DNA of 59,482 nt, filler included, from Dugesia japonica (Eukaryota), in assembly GCA_001938525.1 (NCBI GenBank). It is 6 parts of 6 records of this genome, joined end to end, with 100 filler letters (N's around TTAATTAATTAA, not from the genome) between each part and the next. Parts side by side here need not be neighbours in the genome. Positions count along the whole stretch, not along the records: positions 9,325 to 20,397 come from MQRL01646133.1; positions 20,498 to 29,030 come from MQRL01576332.1; 4 more parts are not named here. One strand, 5' to 3'. Position numbers and translations under genes: made by a program. The first letter of the stretch is position 1, and each line of letters starts with the position of its first letter. This document shows, one piece after another, positions 13,854-27,562 of this stretch. The notes below the pieces were generated by a model, which was not told the origin of the DNA, made no database searches, and saw nothing but the letters and a program-made list of their open reading frames with translations.

Positions 13854-14122
13854 AAACAAAACAACATTTTGATCGATGCTTTTAATTTAATGAAATCTCA
13901 AATGCCATCAATAGTTAAGTCCAACAATTATTCTCGCAATAATTCTTGTAATTATAAAAAATAAAATAAATTCCACAAAAATATTTCTATTACTATAATA
14001 AATCTTGAATAAATCAAAAATATAATTCCTGAAGAAGACAAAAATCGAAAGTTGGAAATACTAACAACAAAAAAATATTGAAAAAAATAACATTTCGATC
14101 GAAGCTTTTAATTTAATGAAAT
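13854..14122 (+). mobile_element. Penelope pseudo-LTR continuation with second hammerhead motif
   Basis: GATCGA(A/T)GCTTTTAATTTAATGAAAT occurs twice (~13871, ~14097). AATTC-CTGAAGA-A-GAC-AAAA-ATC-GAAA lies at 14024-14050. Confidence 0.7.
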
Positions 14123-14424
14123 AACATGTTGACATTTTAAAAGGACAGTAAGAACAATAACAAACTAAGTAATTAGATGCTTGATTTTTTAATAAATTCA
14201 TCAATTATTGTAGAAAATACTAAATATTACATTTTGAAACATCGTTATAAGTAATTCCAGAAAAATTTCAAAATTGTTTTCTAAACTATCATTCTTTAGT
14301 AGAAGGGTTCGACAAGCTTTATGGGCCAGTGGGTCACTGTCAAAAAAAAGATTTTTATATGGGCCACAGTCCAAAAAATCATAAAATAAAATTAACCAGT
14401 AGAAAGGGCTTAACGAAACCTTAA

Positions 14425-14582
14425 TTAATAAGATATCTTGCTATGTTGACAGGAAACAAAAAGACTGGGATCAATTTATACACCTAGAACTATTTGGATA
14501 TCTGACACTAATACACCCAGTTACTTATTACATTCTATTTTATCTCATGTATGGTAGAGAGTGCAATCTACCAATAGATTTA
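14425..14582 (+). mobile_element. Gypsy integrase fragment
   Basis: ISCYVDRKQKDWDQFIHLELFGY...YLMYGRECNLPID. Confidence 0.7.
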
Positions 14583-14589
14583 AAATATC

Positions 14590-15100
14590 AGCCTCCGATA
14601 TCGCATCCTTTTTGCGACACACAACACGTCTTTTAGCACCTATGTATAAAACTAAATGGTCCATTTTATTAGTGGTAAAATTCGTAGATGTTCCTAAGTA
14701 TTTTAGAGGGTCCTTTTCCTCGTTCTTTTATAGGTTTTTAACATTTCTGTAGCTACAGACCAACAAATATTTGTTATTAGCTGTATTAGCTGTATAATCA
14801 TTGTAATACAAGTTAGTCATAATATACACGAACCTGTCGCAAGATATTGCATCACACGCCAATTTATATTTAGTATCTTCTACATTATCCTTCAACGAAG
14901 GAGAAGTCCAACAAAGCAGCGAAATTCACGTAATGTAATATCTCCTGAGTGATTTTTCTGCTATGCGTGTTGATAAAAATCACAATTTGATTTATTACCT
15001 CTTCATCAAAGAATAATGCGAAAATAGCATTTGTTGAAAAATTATTTGGCATTGAAACATTTTTCCAAACAGGGAAATCTACCTTTTCCAAATCGCTAAT
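14590..15100 (-). mobile_element. piggyBac-like transposase remnant, internally deleted
   Basis: IFALFFDEEVINQIVIFINTHS matches the piggyBac F.LFF.D.....IV..TN.YA motif; a degenerate Cys/Arg-rich C-terminus lies near 14600-14640. Confidence 0.55.
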
Positions 15101-16379
15101 TTTGTAATCAAAATTTATTTGTTTTTTTTTAACATTTATGATTTCTTTCCAGTCTTATTTCTTTAAATACGGCGTCAAGACGACTGTCTTGTTGACAGTA
15201 AATGCTAGTAGTGATGGCTATATTTCTTGGAAGCAATTCATGATAGTCCCACCAAATGCACAACATCATTTTACGCGTATGAGTACTAGGTTAGATAAGT
15301 TGCCATTTCAGTAGGACTATACCATTCCTTTTACTTGATTTCTCGCAAAGGCACCAGTTTTCATCACCAGTAATAATGTGGGATAAAAAAGGTCAATATT
15401 GTTGACAAGCACAACTATGACAAGCTAGCAATGAGGAGCAAATGTTGACACGCTAATTTTTATTGATTTTAGTCAAAGCATGCTGCACATATACACCAAT
15501 TTTTTTAACTTTTCCAAATGTCGATTGTTGATAATATTTTATAATGACTAATTTTCAGGTTATTAGGCGTGAATTTTCATGAATTTTTGTTGTCTTCCAG
15601 TACGTTGAAAATAGTTTATGTCAAAATTGTCCTATTTGAAACAGGAAAACCATTTTCTTTCTATACTTTCCACAATTTCATTCTTTTCATAAATAGCACA
15701 ATGGTTTTAGCAGCTTTTGATGCATTAATTCCTCTGTTGAATTCAAATAATTATTTATGTCGCTAATGATCGTATTTTTCTATTTGACACTTCATTTTCC
15801 TTGCAAATAATTATTTTGATATTATCGTCAACTTCATAATTTCTAAAATAATTCATTTAAATAATATTATGTAATTAAGATAATTTTTTATAATATTTTA
15901 TAATATTTTATTTTAAAGCACTGTTGCTTTACAAACAAAAAACGCTAAGGACTTATACATTAACCCAATATTTTCATTTTTGTGGGAAATATTTTAGTAA
16001 AAAATGATTGGCTTTAATGAATAAATTTGGTAATCAAGTTTTCAAGGACTTTTTGTATTTGTTATTATCAAATAAATTCTGGTTATAATACAAATGTTGA
16101 AATCTCGAGATTAAAGAGCTTATGCTTTCGCTTCTAGCAGTAATTATTACATTAATATTAAAATTTTCAACATTATTTTCTCAAGCATTTGTCTGATTTA
16201 TAATTAAATGAAACTGAGGAAATTAAAATACGTTATGATATTTAATTGTGTTCCTGTTATTTGTAAAAAATTTCTAATCGCTTGTTTTGAATGAATTTAT
16301 TGTATACAGTAGCAAAATTAAACGGAAAACTTTTGTATTAAAATTATAAAAATTGTAAATAAAATTTTAAACTACTGTA

Positions 16380-16720
16380 AACAATAGAAGAAATATACAA
16401 ATTATTATTCCATGCAGTAGTTTAAAAGGTGTACGAATATATGAGAGACAAGTACATTTCGAAGAATTTATGGAGCCAAATGTAGTTGTGAAATATGCCA
16501 ACAGACCAAAGTAGTGACTGCATCAACTAAGAAGAGGACATAAAAATTAGAAACTGGGAATATATTCGAAGTTGTTTTCACAGATATATGTAGGCTAATT
16601 GGGGAAACATGTGGGTGGAAAAAATATTTTCTTGGAATAATATACCAATTCAGTTTTTATAGCATTACCTAAGCAAGCCGTGGAAACAATACGAAAACAT
16701 GACTGCAGATAAATAATTGA
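16380..16720 (+). mobile_element. Gypsy integrase (HHCC and core start) fragment
   Basis: CEICQQTKVVTASTKK...NIFEVVFTDIC...KKYFLGII, similar to the integrase at 58270-58560. Confidence 0.65.
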
Positions 16721-17444
16721 ATATATACATCAGGCATTTACAACGAACGGCCCACTGCTTGATTTTATCCGAACCTCATAATAATTTCAAAGCCTTATTT
16801 ATGTTATGTCAGGCCCGCTATTGGATGTAATATTTATGTTTTAGCCCGCAGTCATGTACTAAGTATATATATATATATATATATAATATCTGAGTCAAGT
16901 AATTTTTTGATATTTTAACTGAATGCTCATTTCCATAATCTTTCAAAAGGAATGGATAGTATGAGTAGAATAAATGAGAGTATGGTTATATCATATGAAG
17001 CCTAATATTAAAAAAAATATTGTCAAAGATCGCCAAACACAAGCATACTTGCATAAATTAACGTGATTAACATTGTAATGTATTAAAAATAAATGCTTAT
17101 TTCCAGAAACTTTTTATAATTTTTCTGTTTTTTAGTTTTATGACTTATTCTATTTAATTACAATTTAAACTATACCTAATTTCAAATTACTATACAAAAA
17201 TACTGCTTTAATAAATAACAATAATATCACTGTTTTCTCATAAATTTATTAAATAAACCTAAGAACATGTAATAGAAATTATTAAATTTTGAAAAAAATG
17301 TTATATTTCAAAGAAATTTATAATAATAATATAGCTAACTTGAAAGATACACTGGAAGAAATGCATAATCTTAAATAAAAAGGAATTTTATAATTACAAT
17401 TATTGTGAGAATAATTGTTGGACTTAACCATTGATCCGTTTGAG

Positions 17445-17542
17445 ATTTCATTAAAATAAAGAGAAGGCTTCGATCAAAAATAAAATTTATTTGTATAGAA
17501 GTTTTATTTTTGATCGAAGCCTTTTCTTTATTTTAATGAAAT
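17445..17542. repeat. Inverted repeat (41-bp arms, ~16-bp spacer) made of Penelope pseudo-LTR sequence
   Basis: ATTTCATTAAAATAAAGAGAAGGCTTCGATCAAAAATAAAA and its reverse complement, with one mismatch. Confidence 0.85.
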
Positions 17543-17989
17543 AAAAATGGAAGTTTAACATTCAAATAAAAATCTCACTTGTAATTTGTAAATGTCTAAT
17601 AAAATGAATTAATTGAAATTATGTAAAAGTTTTACATTTTTAAAAACATAGCAATCCGAACTAAATGTGGATTTACCTAATTGATTGGTAGTGTATAAAG
17701 TCAAGTGGGAAATTTTTTTGAATAAAATATTGATTATTCTGAAATAAAACAAGAAAATACGAAAAAATCTTAAAAAATCTTTCCTTTTAAGATTTCAGAT
17801 GAATTGTTAACATTAATATAACAAATTATACTGAAATTCTTTATATTACAGGAGTTTTCATAAATATAAAACATTTTATTTATAAATAAAAAATATTTCT
17901 TTAACAATTAAATTTATTCAGTTTATATTCTGTCTGTTTATACAAAATTTTAAAATTTCAAAGAACGAAAAACTAAATCTTTTATCATG

Positions 17990-19050
17990 TTCATTTTTTG
18001 GGTAACATATAAGCCAGTATCGCTTTTCTTTCTGTAGATTTCAGTCTCATAAAGTGATTTCATTTCAATTAAAATATCCAAAAAAGGCAAAATACATTTT
18101 ATTTTTTCCTTATAGTAAACCTAATATTAGGATCTAACGAATTCGTAATACTTAGAAAAGATAAAACATGTTCACGATTAACAAAAATAAGGACACATCA
18201 TCAACATATCTCTTGTAAGCAAGAGGTTTATTCAAAGAAAACAAGTTTATTTATTCTTTAAGCTTATTCAAGAAATTCGATGCTAATGTAGGAGCTAATG
18301 AAGAATCAATAGCTATTTCATCTATCTGTTTATACCATTCATTGTAAACAAAAACGAAACATTAATCGTCGCAAAGGTCAACAATTCACAAAAGGCAGAC
18401 AAATCCATTTCAGCATGATTACTCACATTATTTTCCCATGAATTACAACAAGGATTTATTATTTCCAGCCAAGGAACAGTAGTGAATAAGCTGGAAACAT
18501 TAACGGACACCATATTATTTACAACATAATTTGAAATCAAGTTTACAAACTCAAAACTATCCTATAATTCAAAAATTGAATTAATTAATCTTATAATTCT
18601 GTGCAAACCATAGATAAAACCGGTCACATGGGAACTCCATTTTTTTAGATTTTAGGTAAACCATAGAGTTTTGCTGGTTGAGATCTATACGATTCAATAC
18701 TAGACTGAAATTTACAACTTATCAAACTTTCTTTTAATGCTGTTTTGGTTTTAACTTTAATTGAGTTCATCCTCACTTAACTTAGTATTGCTTAAATTTA
18801 AAACAGTATTTTTAATATCAAACTTATAAATACCAAATAATTTCTTAAGATTTAAAAGTTTTTTGTTCTGTGAGGCAATTTTATTATGAATTGAATTATT
18901 AGATAAGAAAATAGCCATCTTAATGGCAAAAATCATTGCTTACTTCATGCAGAGCTGATATCACTAATGTCAAATTCTTGACAATATAATTTCGTCTTAT
19001 TTTCTCCAACTGTATTGTTCCTAAAATCTTTCTTAACATTTGAAAATTAA
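17990..19050 (-). mobile_element. Penelope-like element reverse transcriptase remnant
   Basis: AKLYGLPK, MVSVNVSSLFTTVP, IAIDSSLAPTLASNFL, PLAYKRYVDD, LPFLDILI. Confidence 0.85.
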
Positions 19051-20397
19051 AAATTTTTATTATAGGTTTTAAAATTTCAATAAATATTTTATATTTATCA
19101 AATTAGAAATTTTTTTTAAAAACAATTTTTTGATTTTATTAAATCAGTTTTAAAATTTCAATATAGTCTTAAATTTCATAAAACAATTTATTAGTAGGCA
19201 TTTTTAAAATAATTTTGAATTTTTGTTGTAGCCATCTGATGTTCAGAATAATTGCTTTAATATAATATCATATTTTTAATTTTGTCTGATAATGACGGTT
19301 GATGAATCGAAATATATCACAATAAATTTTTATTTTAATTTGCGTTATGTTTTATATTTATGAAAAAATTTTTTATATTTATGAGATAAATGTTTTATAT
19401 TTATGAAAACTCCAGTATTAGGTTTAAGTTAAAATAAATAAAATTAAATTTTTATTACAATATTTATTGAAAATTCAAAAATCGAATAATGCAAAAACTA
19501 TATTTTCAATTTTCCAATTTTTAATGAGATTTAGATGAAATCAGTTTCAGATAATGAAAAAAAATATTGNNNNNNNNNNNNNNNNNNNNNNNNNNNNNNN
19601 NNNNNNNNNNNNNNNNNNNNNNNNNNNNNNNNNNNNNNNNNNNNNNNNNNNNNNNNNNNNNNNNNNNNNNNNNNNNNNNNNNNNNNNNNNNNNNNNNNNN
19701 NNNNNNNNNNNNNNNNNNNNNNNNNNNNNNNNNNNNNNNNNNNNNNNNNNNNNNNNNNNNNNNNNNNNNNNNNNNNNNNNNATCATTTCTTAGATTTAAA
19801 ATGTATTTGGAATTTTTAAATTTTCATGAAATTAAAAAATATAATTTTTAATTAAAATATAAATTACCAGGATATAATATTATACCTAAGTAATTTAGAT
19901 AAATTTATAGAAATTATTGTTTTGTATTATGAAATTTATTGTATACTACACTCAAAAATGAATAAGGTTTGTAAATGAAATTTAGTAGGCTAAATATCCC
20001 AAAATGGTCTAAAAATATACACAAAATTAGAACTATCACTGGAACAAACTAATTTGAATTATATATTAAAATAGAGAGTGTTACAGATAATTTCACAGAC
20101 GTAGTAAATTATATATTAGATTTTTAACGATAACAATATTTGAAATTTTCGAATTGGATAGTTTTTTTGTGAAAATGCATTAAAATTGATGCATTTTCTC
20201 TTATTTTAAAATGACTTGAAAATTTTATTTATTGATTTGTTTCCTATAATGGCAAACAATAATCTTGCAAATGTCGGATTGTAATTTTAGATTTTTCTTC
20301 ATGGAAAATTATGACTAATTTTCTATGATTTTATTAATTTGAAAATAAGTTATCTTGTGTTTCTCTTAAAGTTATTTAATTAAAACAGTATACTGTG

Positions 20398-20497
20398 NNN
20401 NNNNNNNNNNNNNNNNNNNNNNNNNNNNNNNNNNNNNNNNNTTAATTAATTAANNNNNNNNNNNNNNNNNNNNNNNNNNNNNNNNNNNNNNNNNNNN
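20398..20497. other. Artificial contig linker
   Basis: 44 N + TTAATTAATTAA + 44 N. Confidence 0.97.
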
Positions 20498-21296
20498 AAA
20501 AATAATTGCAACTTTGTGGGTTCTCCTATGTATCATACAGTGGTCAAAATTTTTGTTAAAAGGCAATTAACGTTTTTTTTAATTACAGAACTGCAAAATA
20601 TATTGGATCACCATAATTTTATATCAACATAATTTCGGTGTATAGAATTACATTGATCTGACTTTTGTTAAAATTTATAATAAATGCCTTAATTAAGTCT
20701 AACTATTTAATCAAAATCATGTAATGTTTATTTTTTAACCCATAACTTTAAGAAGTTATTATTTGAATATTCTGAATTCAATTAATCGCATGAATAGCTA
20801 AATTAATTAGTACAAGATACATGAGATAGGGGTATACTTAATTTTACAAGATTAAATAGAGAGCCACATAATATTTGAAAGAGACACACTTTGCCCAATT
20901 CTGTCATATCCCATCGAATATAAATGAGAATTTTTAATCAGATTTTTTTATTTGATACATTTTTAAATTGTTATAAATTTTAATCAATAGAAATCAAAAG
21001 TAATTGTCAAAAATAAATTATTAAATTGAAAAGTATTAAGCTATTAATATAAATATTTAAATCACTATAATTATTGAATATTGATTCTGATAATTAATTT
21101 TTAAAAATATTCAATAAAAAAACAGATTAAGTTATTTTTTTATTTGTAATTCAAATTTTCTTCACTCATCTGAACTAGAATAAAGGATTTTATATTAAAA
21201 ATTTTTCAAAAAATTTGATTAAATAAATAAAATAAAAAATTCTCAGTATAACTCAAATAATTTTTTATGGAAACATTTTCAAGTAACTAAAATTTT

Positions 21297-21455
21297 ACAA
21301 TTACAATTATTGCGAGAATAATTGTTGGACTTAACTATTGATTGCTTTTGAGATTTCATTTAATTAAAAGCTTCGATCGAAATATTGTTTTTTTCTTTCT
21401 TTCTATATTGTTGTTAGTTATCAAACTTGACAATTGTTTTCTTCAGGAATTTATT
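21297..21455 (-). mobile_element. Solo Penelope pseudo-LTR copy with degenerate hammerhead
   Basis: Reverse complement matches the pseudo-LTR at 13860-13950 and carries AATTC-CTGAAGA-AAAC. Confidence 0.65.
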
Positions 21456-21889
21456 TGATAAACGTTTTTTTCGTTTTCCTTTTTTGTGATTTTAGAAACA
21501 TGTATTTTGGAGACAAAATTAATTTTTTTTAATTCATGACATTTCTTATTAAAAGAATCTANTATTCTTGTTATTTTATCAACTTCGTCGCCCATGCCAC
21601 TCATTCTTTAATCAACTCAAGTGTTTCCCTTATAATAGATATTCTTACTTTTATATCTGTGGTTGTTCTTTATCAATTTTCTGGTGTCATATAATTAAAA
21701 ATTTAGCGTCAATTAGAAATAATTATATTTTCTTTTATAATAGTTGTTAAATATGTATATCAATTTAGTTTATGAATCAAACTAATAATATTTTTATACC
21801 TAATCTACCTAATGAAATAACTACCTAATATTTACAGTTTCCTTAAGTTATTGTCATAATTTGGTAAAATTACAAATTTCAATTTTCCT

Positions 21890-22998
21890 TTTCATAAAGA
21901 CGGAAAAGTTAGAGGTGTGTTTTGTATCATATACTAATCAGTGGGATGCATATTTAGCAATAAAAATATTAATAAATTGAAAATTCCAATTCAATTTTTC
22001 ATACAAAATTTGCCAAGCCTAAGTTATTTGATGAAGTTGAATTTAAATGCGAATATAATGAAAAGATTATTTCACAGAAACTCGAAAATATAGAAGGAGT
22101 TATTGATCATGAGACACTTTAACAAATTCTTAATAGTGGTAGGTAGATAGTGGCACGCTGACTCATCTCGCCTGAACCCCCCCTCGCCGACTGAACTGAT
22201 TGAGTCAGATGTTGGTCAATGATTTCTTCTGTAATCAGAAAACTATATTGTGCATTTTGCATGAACTTGGTAAGATCTGGAAGAAGATAAAGTAAATTCC
22301 ACATGAATTAACTGAGTCTCAAATGCAAAGGTGTGTGAATGTTGCACAAACTTGATTGAATCGCCAAAATAAGAATCTATTCTTGGAAAATCGATGGGTT
22401 ACGATTGATAAAACTTTGATCAGCTTCAAGAATCTGAATTCTCATTACGAATCGCGTTAGATTGACGAGAAAACAAGTTCAATATCAAAGAAAGATTTTC
22501 GTCACCAAAACGCTATGTTTTGTGTCTTTTGATCGGCTTGTGAAATTGAGTATTTGAAATTGTTAGAAACAGGATAGTTAAACCATCGTTAAAATAAAAT
22601 TACGTTCTTGGATGACAATGCAAAGCCCCATCGTTCTCAAATTACAAGTGAAAAGATTGAGGAATTTGGATTTGACCATATTAATCATCCACCATATTCT
22701 CTTGATCTGGCTCCAAGCGATTATCACCTGTTCTGTTCATTACAGTACTTCTTGAAAGTAAAGCAATTTCCAAATATTGACTCAAGTTCTTTGATTCAAA
22801 GGATGCCAATTTTATTGTCGACGAATCATGAAACTGCCTGAAAAGTTGACACAAATAATTGAAGTGAACAGAAAATACTTTGATTAATTGTTTTGTGTTG
22901 TTATTTGTTGAATAAATATAAACCTGCATGAAACAATAAAAACATTAATACGAAATGAAATTTTATTCGGGACGAAAAGTTTTTCCTTGACCTAATAA
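21890..22998 (+). mobile_element. mariner (DD34D-type) transposon remnant
   Basis: IPHELT (WVPHEL motif), DNAKPH, HPPYSLDLAPSDYHLF (YSPDLAP motif). The 3' end GACCTAATA resembles a mariner TIR. Confidence 0.88.
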
Positions 22999-23745
22999 AT
23001 AATATAGACACGTCGTGTTTTAGACAATTAATCACGCGTAATTTATTTACGGACAATAAATGACAGATATCACTGATAAATTCAATAAAATAAATTAAAC
23101 ATCAATACACATTTTCAATTTATAAATTATTTTATTCTTCAAGACACCGCAAATAAATTAAAGTTTCACTCGGCGAGTATCAATCAACTCTATTTTTCAC
23201 GTGCTGTTTCATTAATTTGTCTTTAGTATACAGAAAGTTGGGAACCAGACATATCTTTAGAAATTTTATTCATTGCATCTATTTATCCTTTGCCATTCCT
23301 TTTATGTATGCAGTGTTATTAAATGTTTCATAAGATATTCACTGTCACACGGAAAAGTGTCGCATATTAAAGTGTCTCCAAACCAACGAAACAAACTTTA
23401 CTTTTTGATACATTTTGACGATACATTTTATCCTGTTAAATATTAATTTTTCATTGATTTATTTAAAAATTTGCATAATTTATTTATAATATTGTGATGA
23501 TGCTGATGATAAAATTACTAAAATCATAATTTTGACCAAGTGCATTAATAAATAATGAAAATTATTTAAATTATTACGTTAATATGAAAGAATTAAGTAA
23601 TTATTAAATTTTGTTTTCCAAATTTAGTACATAGCAAAGTTTTTAATTAATTAAAATTCGGAATTTACGTTATTGGAATTTTGAATTGAAAATTTTATTT
23701 TATTTATTTAAAATATTTGTTTTTTTTATTTAAATTTTATATTAG

Positions 23746-26482
23746 ATGATTTTTATGGGATCGTCGACAATAAAAATAATTCTAATAAAACTTGCCAAGT
23801 ATGTCATCCGTCTTGTAAAGGTTGTCGTAATAATAAAGATACAGATTGTATTCGTTGTAGAAAGAAAAAAATTTATTACAACAAATCGGTTTGATTTATT
23901 TGTAAAATTAAGTATTTAGATATATTTTGTAATCAGAACTACAGTTGTGTTAATGCATGTCCAAAAGAAAAAGAGGTAGAAGAAATTGAAAAGTCAACTG
24001 GTGATACTGTTTGTTTGGCTGTTTGGGAAAGTAGATCCAAAATAGAAGCATTTAGAAGAACACAAATCACTGTTGGTGTAGTANTTGCCATGCTTGTTTT
24101 ACTTATAGTTGTTATAATTGTTATTGTTGTTTATTTAAAAAGAAAAGCAATTGCTGAACGATTAGAAGCTGAATTAAAAGCTCGATATTCAAATCTGACA
24201 GAGCCAAATTCAAAAGTAAATAAAAAGATTTAATTAGTTATAAACGTATTTTTATTACTTATGTATTTTAATACACAAAGAACCTATACTATTCAAGTTA
24301 TAATTTTATTGTTTAAAATCAATTTAAATTAAAATTTAAAATTCAAAATATCAAAGGATTTCTAAAAAGGTCTGGGTCGGGGAACTTGGAAATGATTCCT
24401 TTCAGTATTTGGACCTCACACATACAAAACTTCATTTGGACGAATCACATAGGTTTTCTATCAAAATTATTAGCGTAGTTAATTTTTGGAATTGTTAATA
24501 ATGAAACATTATTGTTTGAACTCCCTGTAAAGAAATTATCATTTATTATATAATAAAAATTATTTAATAAAAATTATTTCACACCAAAAATAAAGATGAA
24601 ATAAATTATTAAATATAATCTAAGATTACCAATGGGGTATGAATGATGAAACATCTAATTTTTGATAGTAAATCGTTGAATAGAATGAAAAGAAAATGCT
24701 AATTAGTACCGAAGAGTATAGTGAAATTTAATCGGAATTCGTAATTTGAAGGAGTGAATTATGCATCGAAATTGAAAATTAAATATATGCTAATTGAATT
24801 CTAAATTTACAAAGGGAAACCGATTTAAGTAGGCATATGAATGGTAAATAATAAAGAATATTACTTCAGTTATTATTTTTAAAATATTATAAATTATAAA
24901 ATTTTCCAATGTAGTCAAACAAAAATATTTGTTTTAATATCAGATTTTGGAGAAATCTTTGATGATTTTCTAATCATACAAACCTTTAATTGAAAATTAA
25001 TTTTGTTGGAGAATTAAATTATTTACGTTTTATATAGACGAATTTTGAGATTTTAAAAATAATTCTGTCTAAATTCAGATTTAATTATTTTTAATAAATC
25101 AGCAAAATTATTTAAATTTTAAAAATTTTTCCACCTCAAAAGTTGTATTTAAATATTTTATTTTAAAATTATTATTAAAATTTATTTTTAATATTCAATT
25201 TTGTTAAGGATGAAGATCTTCTTAGTAAACCACCAAACATGGGGAGATTAATGATTGTTAGTAAGGAAGATCTGATTTTTGAAGATGAATCCAAACCTCT
25301 TGGATTTGGTGCTTTTGGTTATGTTTATAAAGGTAAATGGAAAATCACTAGGAATGAAGAAAGTTTATTGAAAAAAGCAAGTTCAGATTTTCATCTTCCT
25401 GTAGCAATTAAAGTAATAAAAAACATGGGTAACGAAGAAATTGAATCTGTTATGCAAGAGGCTAAAGTAAAAATTATTTATTTTTTATTGATTTTTTGTA
25501 ATTAAATTTTAGATGATGGCATCAGTGTCCCATATGCACTGTTTAAGATTTATTGGAGTATGTTTGTCATATGAAAAGCCATGTCTTATTTCGGCATATG
25601 TCAAAGAAGGAAGTCTAGACAAATATTTAGTTCGCAATAAGAATAAAATCACCAGCCTCATTATGCTCAGTTGGAGTGAACAAATTGCAGATGGCATGCT
25701 CTATTTGACAAAACGAAACATTATTCATAGGTTCGTCGTTGCTATAGTAACAAACTAGGAATATTTTTCTGTTAATAAAATAATGCATTTTTTATATTTT
25801 TAGAAGTTATCATTTTGTAAATTGACTGTTTAATAATAATTTAAATATACAAATAAATATATTTTAACATTTATTTATATTAACGAGAAAATATGTTTAA
25901 CTCGTTAGATTAAGAAATTACGTTGTATTTATTGATGTGCACAATTTCAGAGATCTGGCAGCTAGAAATGTGCTAGTCAGTCGATTGGAATGCGTTCAGA
26001 TCACTGATTTTGGATTAGCAAAGATGCTTGAAAGCACTAAGGATAAAGAAATAATCATAAAAACTGGTAAAGTTCCAATTCGGTGGCTAGCGATTGAAAC
26101 TCTTACTGAAGGGAAATATTCTCACGAAACAGATGTTTGGGCATATGGTAAATATATTAAAACTTACTTTAGATTTTCAATTCATTTTTAAATTATTTTA
26201 GAAATGAAATTAAGTTTAGAAATAACAGAAAATATAAAAACCATAAATTTTCTTGAATTTGTTTTCAAACTCTACAACAAAAAATTTCAGATTTGCACTT
26301 TCTAAACTCGTTTTCCAAAGAATTCTTTTTGTTAAAGTTTTATTTAAAGCTTACTGTATTTTAATTAGAATTAAAAGCATTTGTCTCAATTTATAAAAAA
26401 ATATAATCGTAAATAATGACTTAATATGTTCAAAGTTTAACTTTATAATAATCTTTATTTTTCATAATAATAATAAAAATAG

Positions 26483-26550
<68 letters not shown>

Positions 26551-26600
26551 NNNNNNNNNNNNNNNNNNNNNNNNNNNNNNNNNNNNNNNNNNNNNNNNNN

Positions 26601-26653
<53 letters not shown>

Positions 26654-27562
26654 TAATAATAATAATAATTACAATAATAGTAATAATTAACATATACTTA
26701 ATTATCATTATTATTAAAAATAATGAAGAAAACTATATTTGAATCATATTCAAATACAAAATATTAATGATGATTATTTGTGACAAGTTAACTTTCCCAG
26801 ATTATTTTTGAATTTATAAATTATATTCTAATATTTTCAAATTATAACAATCAAAAAATAATACATGTTAAAATTTTCGTTTTCTTTTAAATGTTTTATT
26901 TTTCATCTTTTTTACGTCGACATTTAATATATTTATATTGTCTATTAAATATTCACTTAAAAATTTATTTATAACTTGCTTTAACCGATAATTTTAAGTT
27001 TCAGTACAATCATTTCCCTCAAATATCTTTCCATATAACATCAGTTACTTACTTTGTCATTACACATCTGTATTCCATATGTTAATTTTGCATAATTATA
27101 ATGCAATGAAAAAATTTTAAAATTATAGTTCTGGTAGTTTTGCAGTAGCCATTTTATTCATTTAGTTTGAAAATTGACTTTCCTTCTAATTATTATTTCT
27201 GATAAATAATCTGACACTTTTGAACTTATAAATTATTTTTTTCAATTTGTCATATAATTTTTCAGGAGTAACATTATGGGAAATATTCACATTTGGAAAA
27301 GTACCTTATGAAGATCAAGCAACTCATGATATTTTTGATTTTGTTCTGAAAGGAGGTCGTCTTTCTCAACCCGAAATTTGCTCCTTAGATGTATATATTG
27401 TCATGGTTAATTGTAAATTTTATTAATTAAACTTTAATATTATTTTTACATAAAATTTATTAAGGCTGGTTGGAAAGTCCAAATCTCAGACCAGATTTTC
27501 AAAGTCTAATGAAAACATTTATTGAATATTGTAGAAATCCTGGTAGATATTTGAGTATCAGA
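23746..27562 (+). CDS. egfr: EGFR/ErbB-family receptor tyrosine kinase, partial. Exons 23746-23888, 23937-24215, 25209-25466, 25513-25730, 25951-26147, 27266-27412, 27465-27562
   Basis: Furin-like Cys repeat CQVCHPSCKGC...DCIRC...CVNACP, a TM helix, juxtamembrane PNMGRL, LGFGAFGYVYKG, VAIK, HRDLAARN, DFG, KVPIRWLAIE, RLSQPEICSLDVYIVMVNCW, RNPGRYL. All junctions are GT-AG and keep frame. The 5' exons and C-terminal tail were not confidently found. Confidence 0.93.
26486..26672. repeat. (ATA)n microsatellite in an EGFR intron, partly N
   Basis: Direct inspection. Confidence 0.95.
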
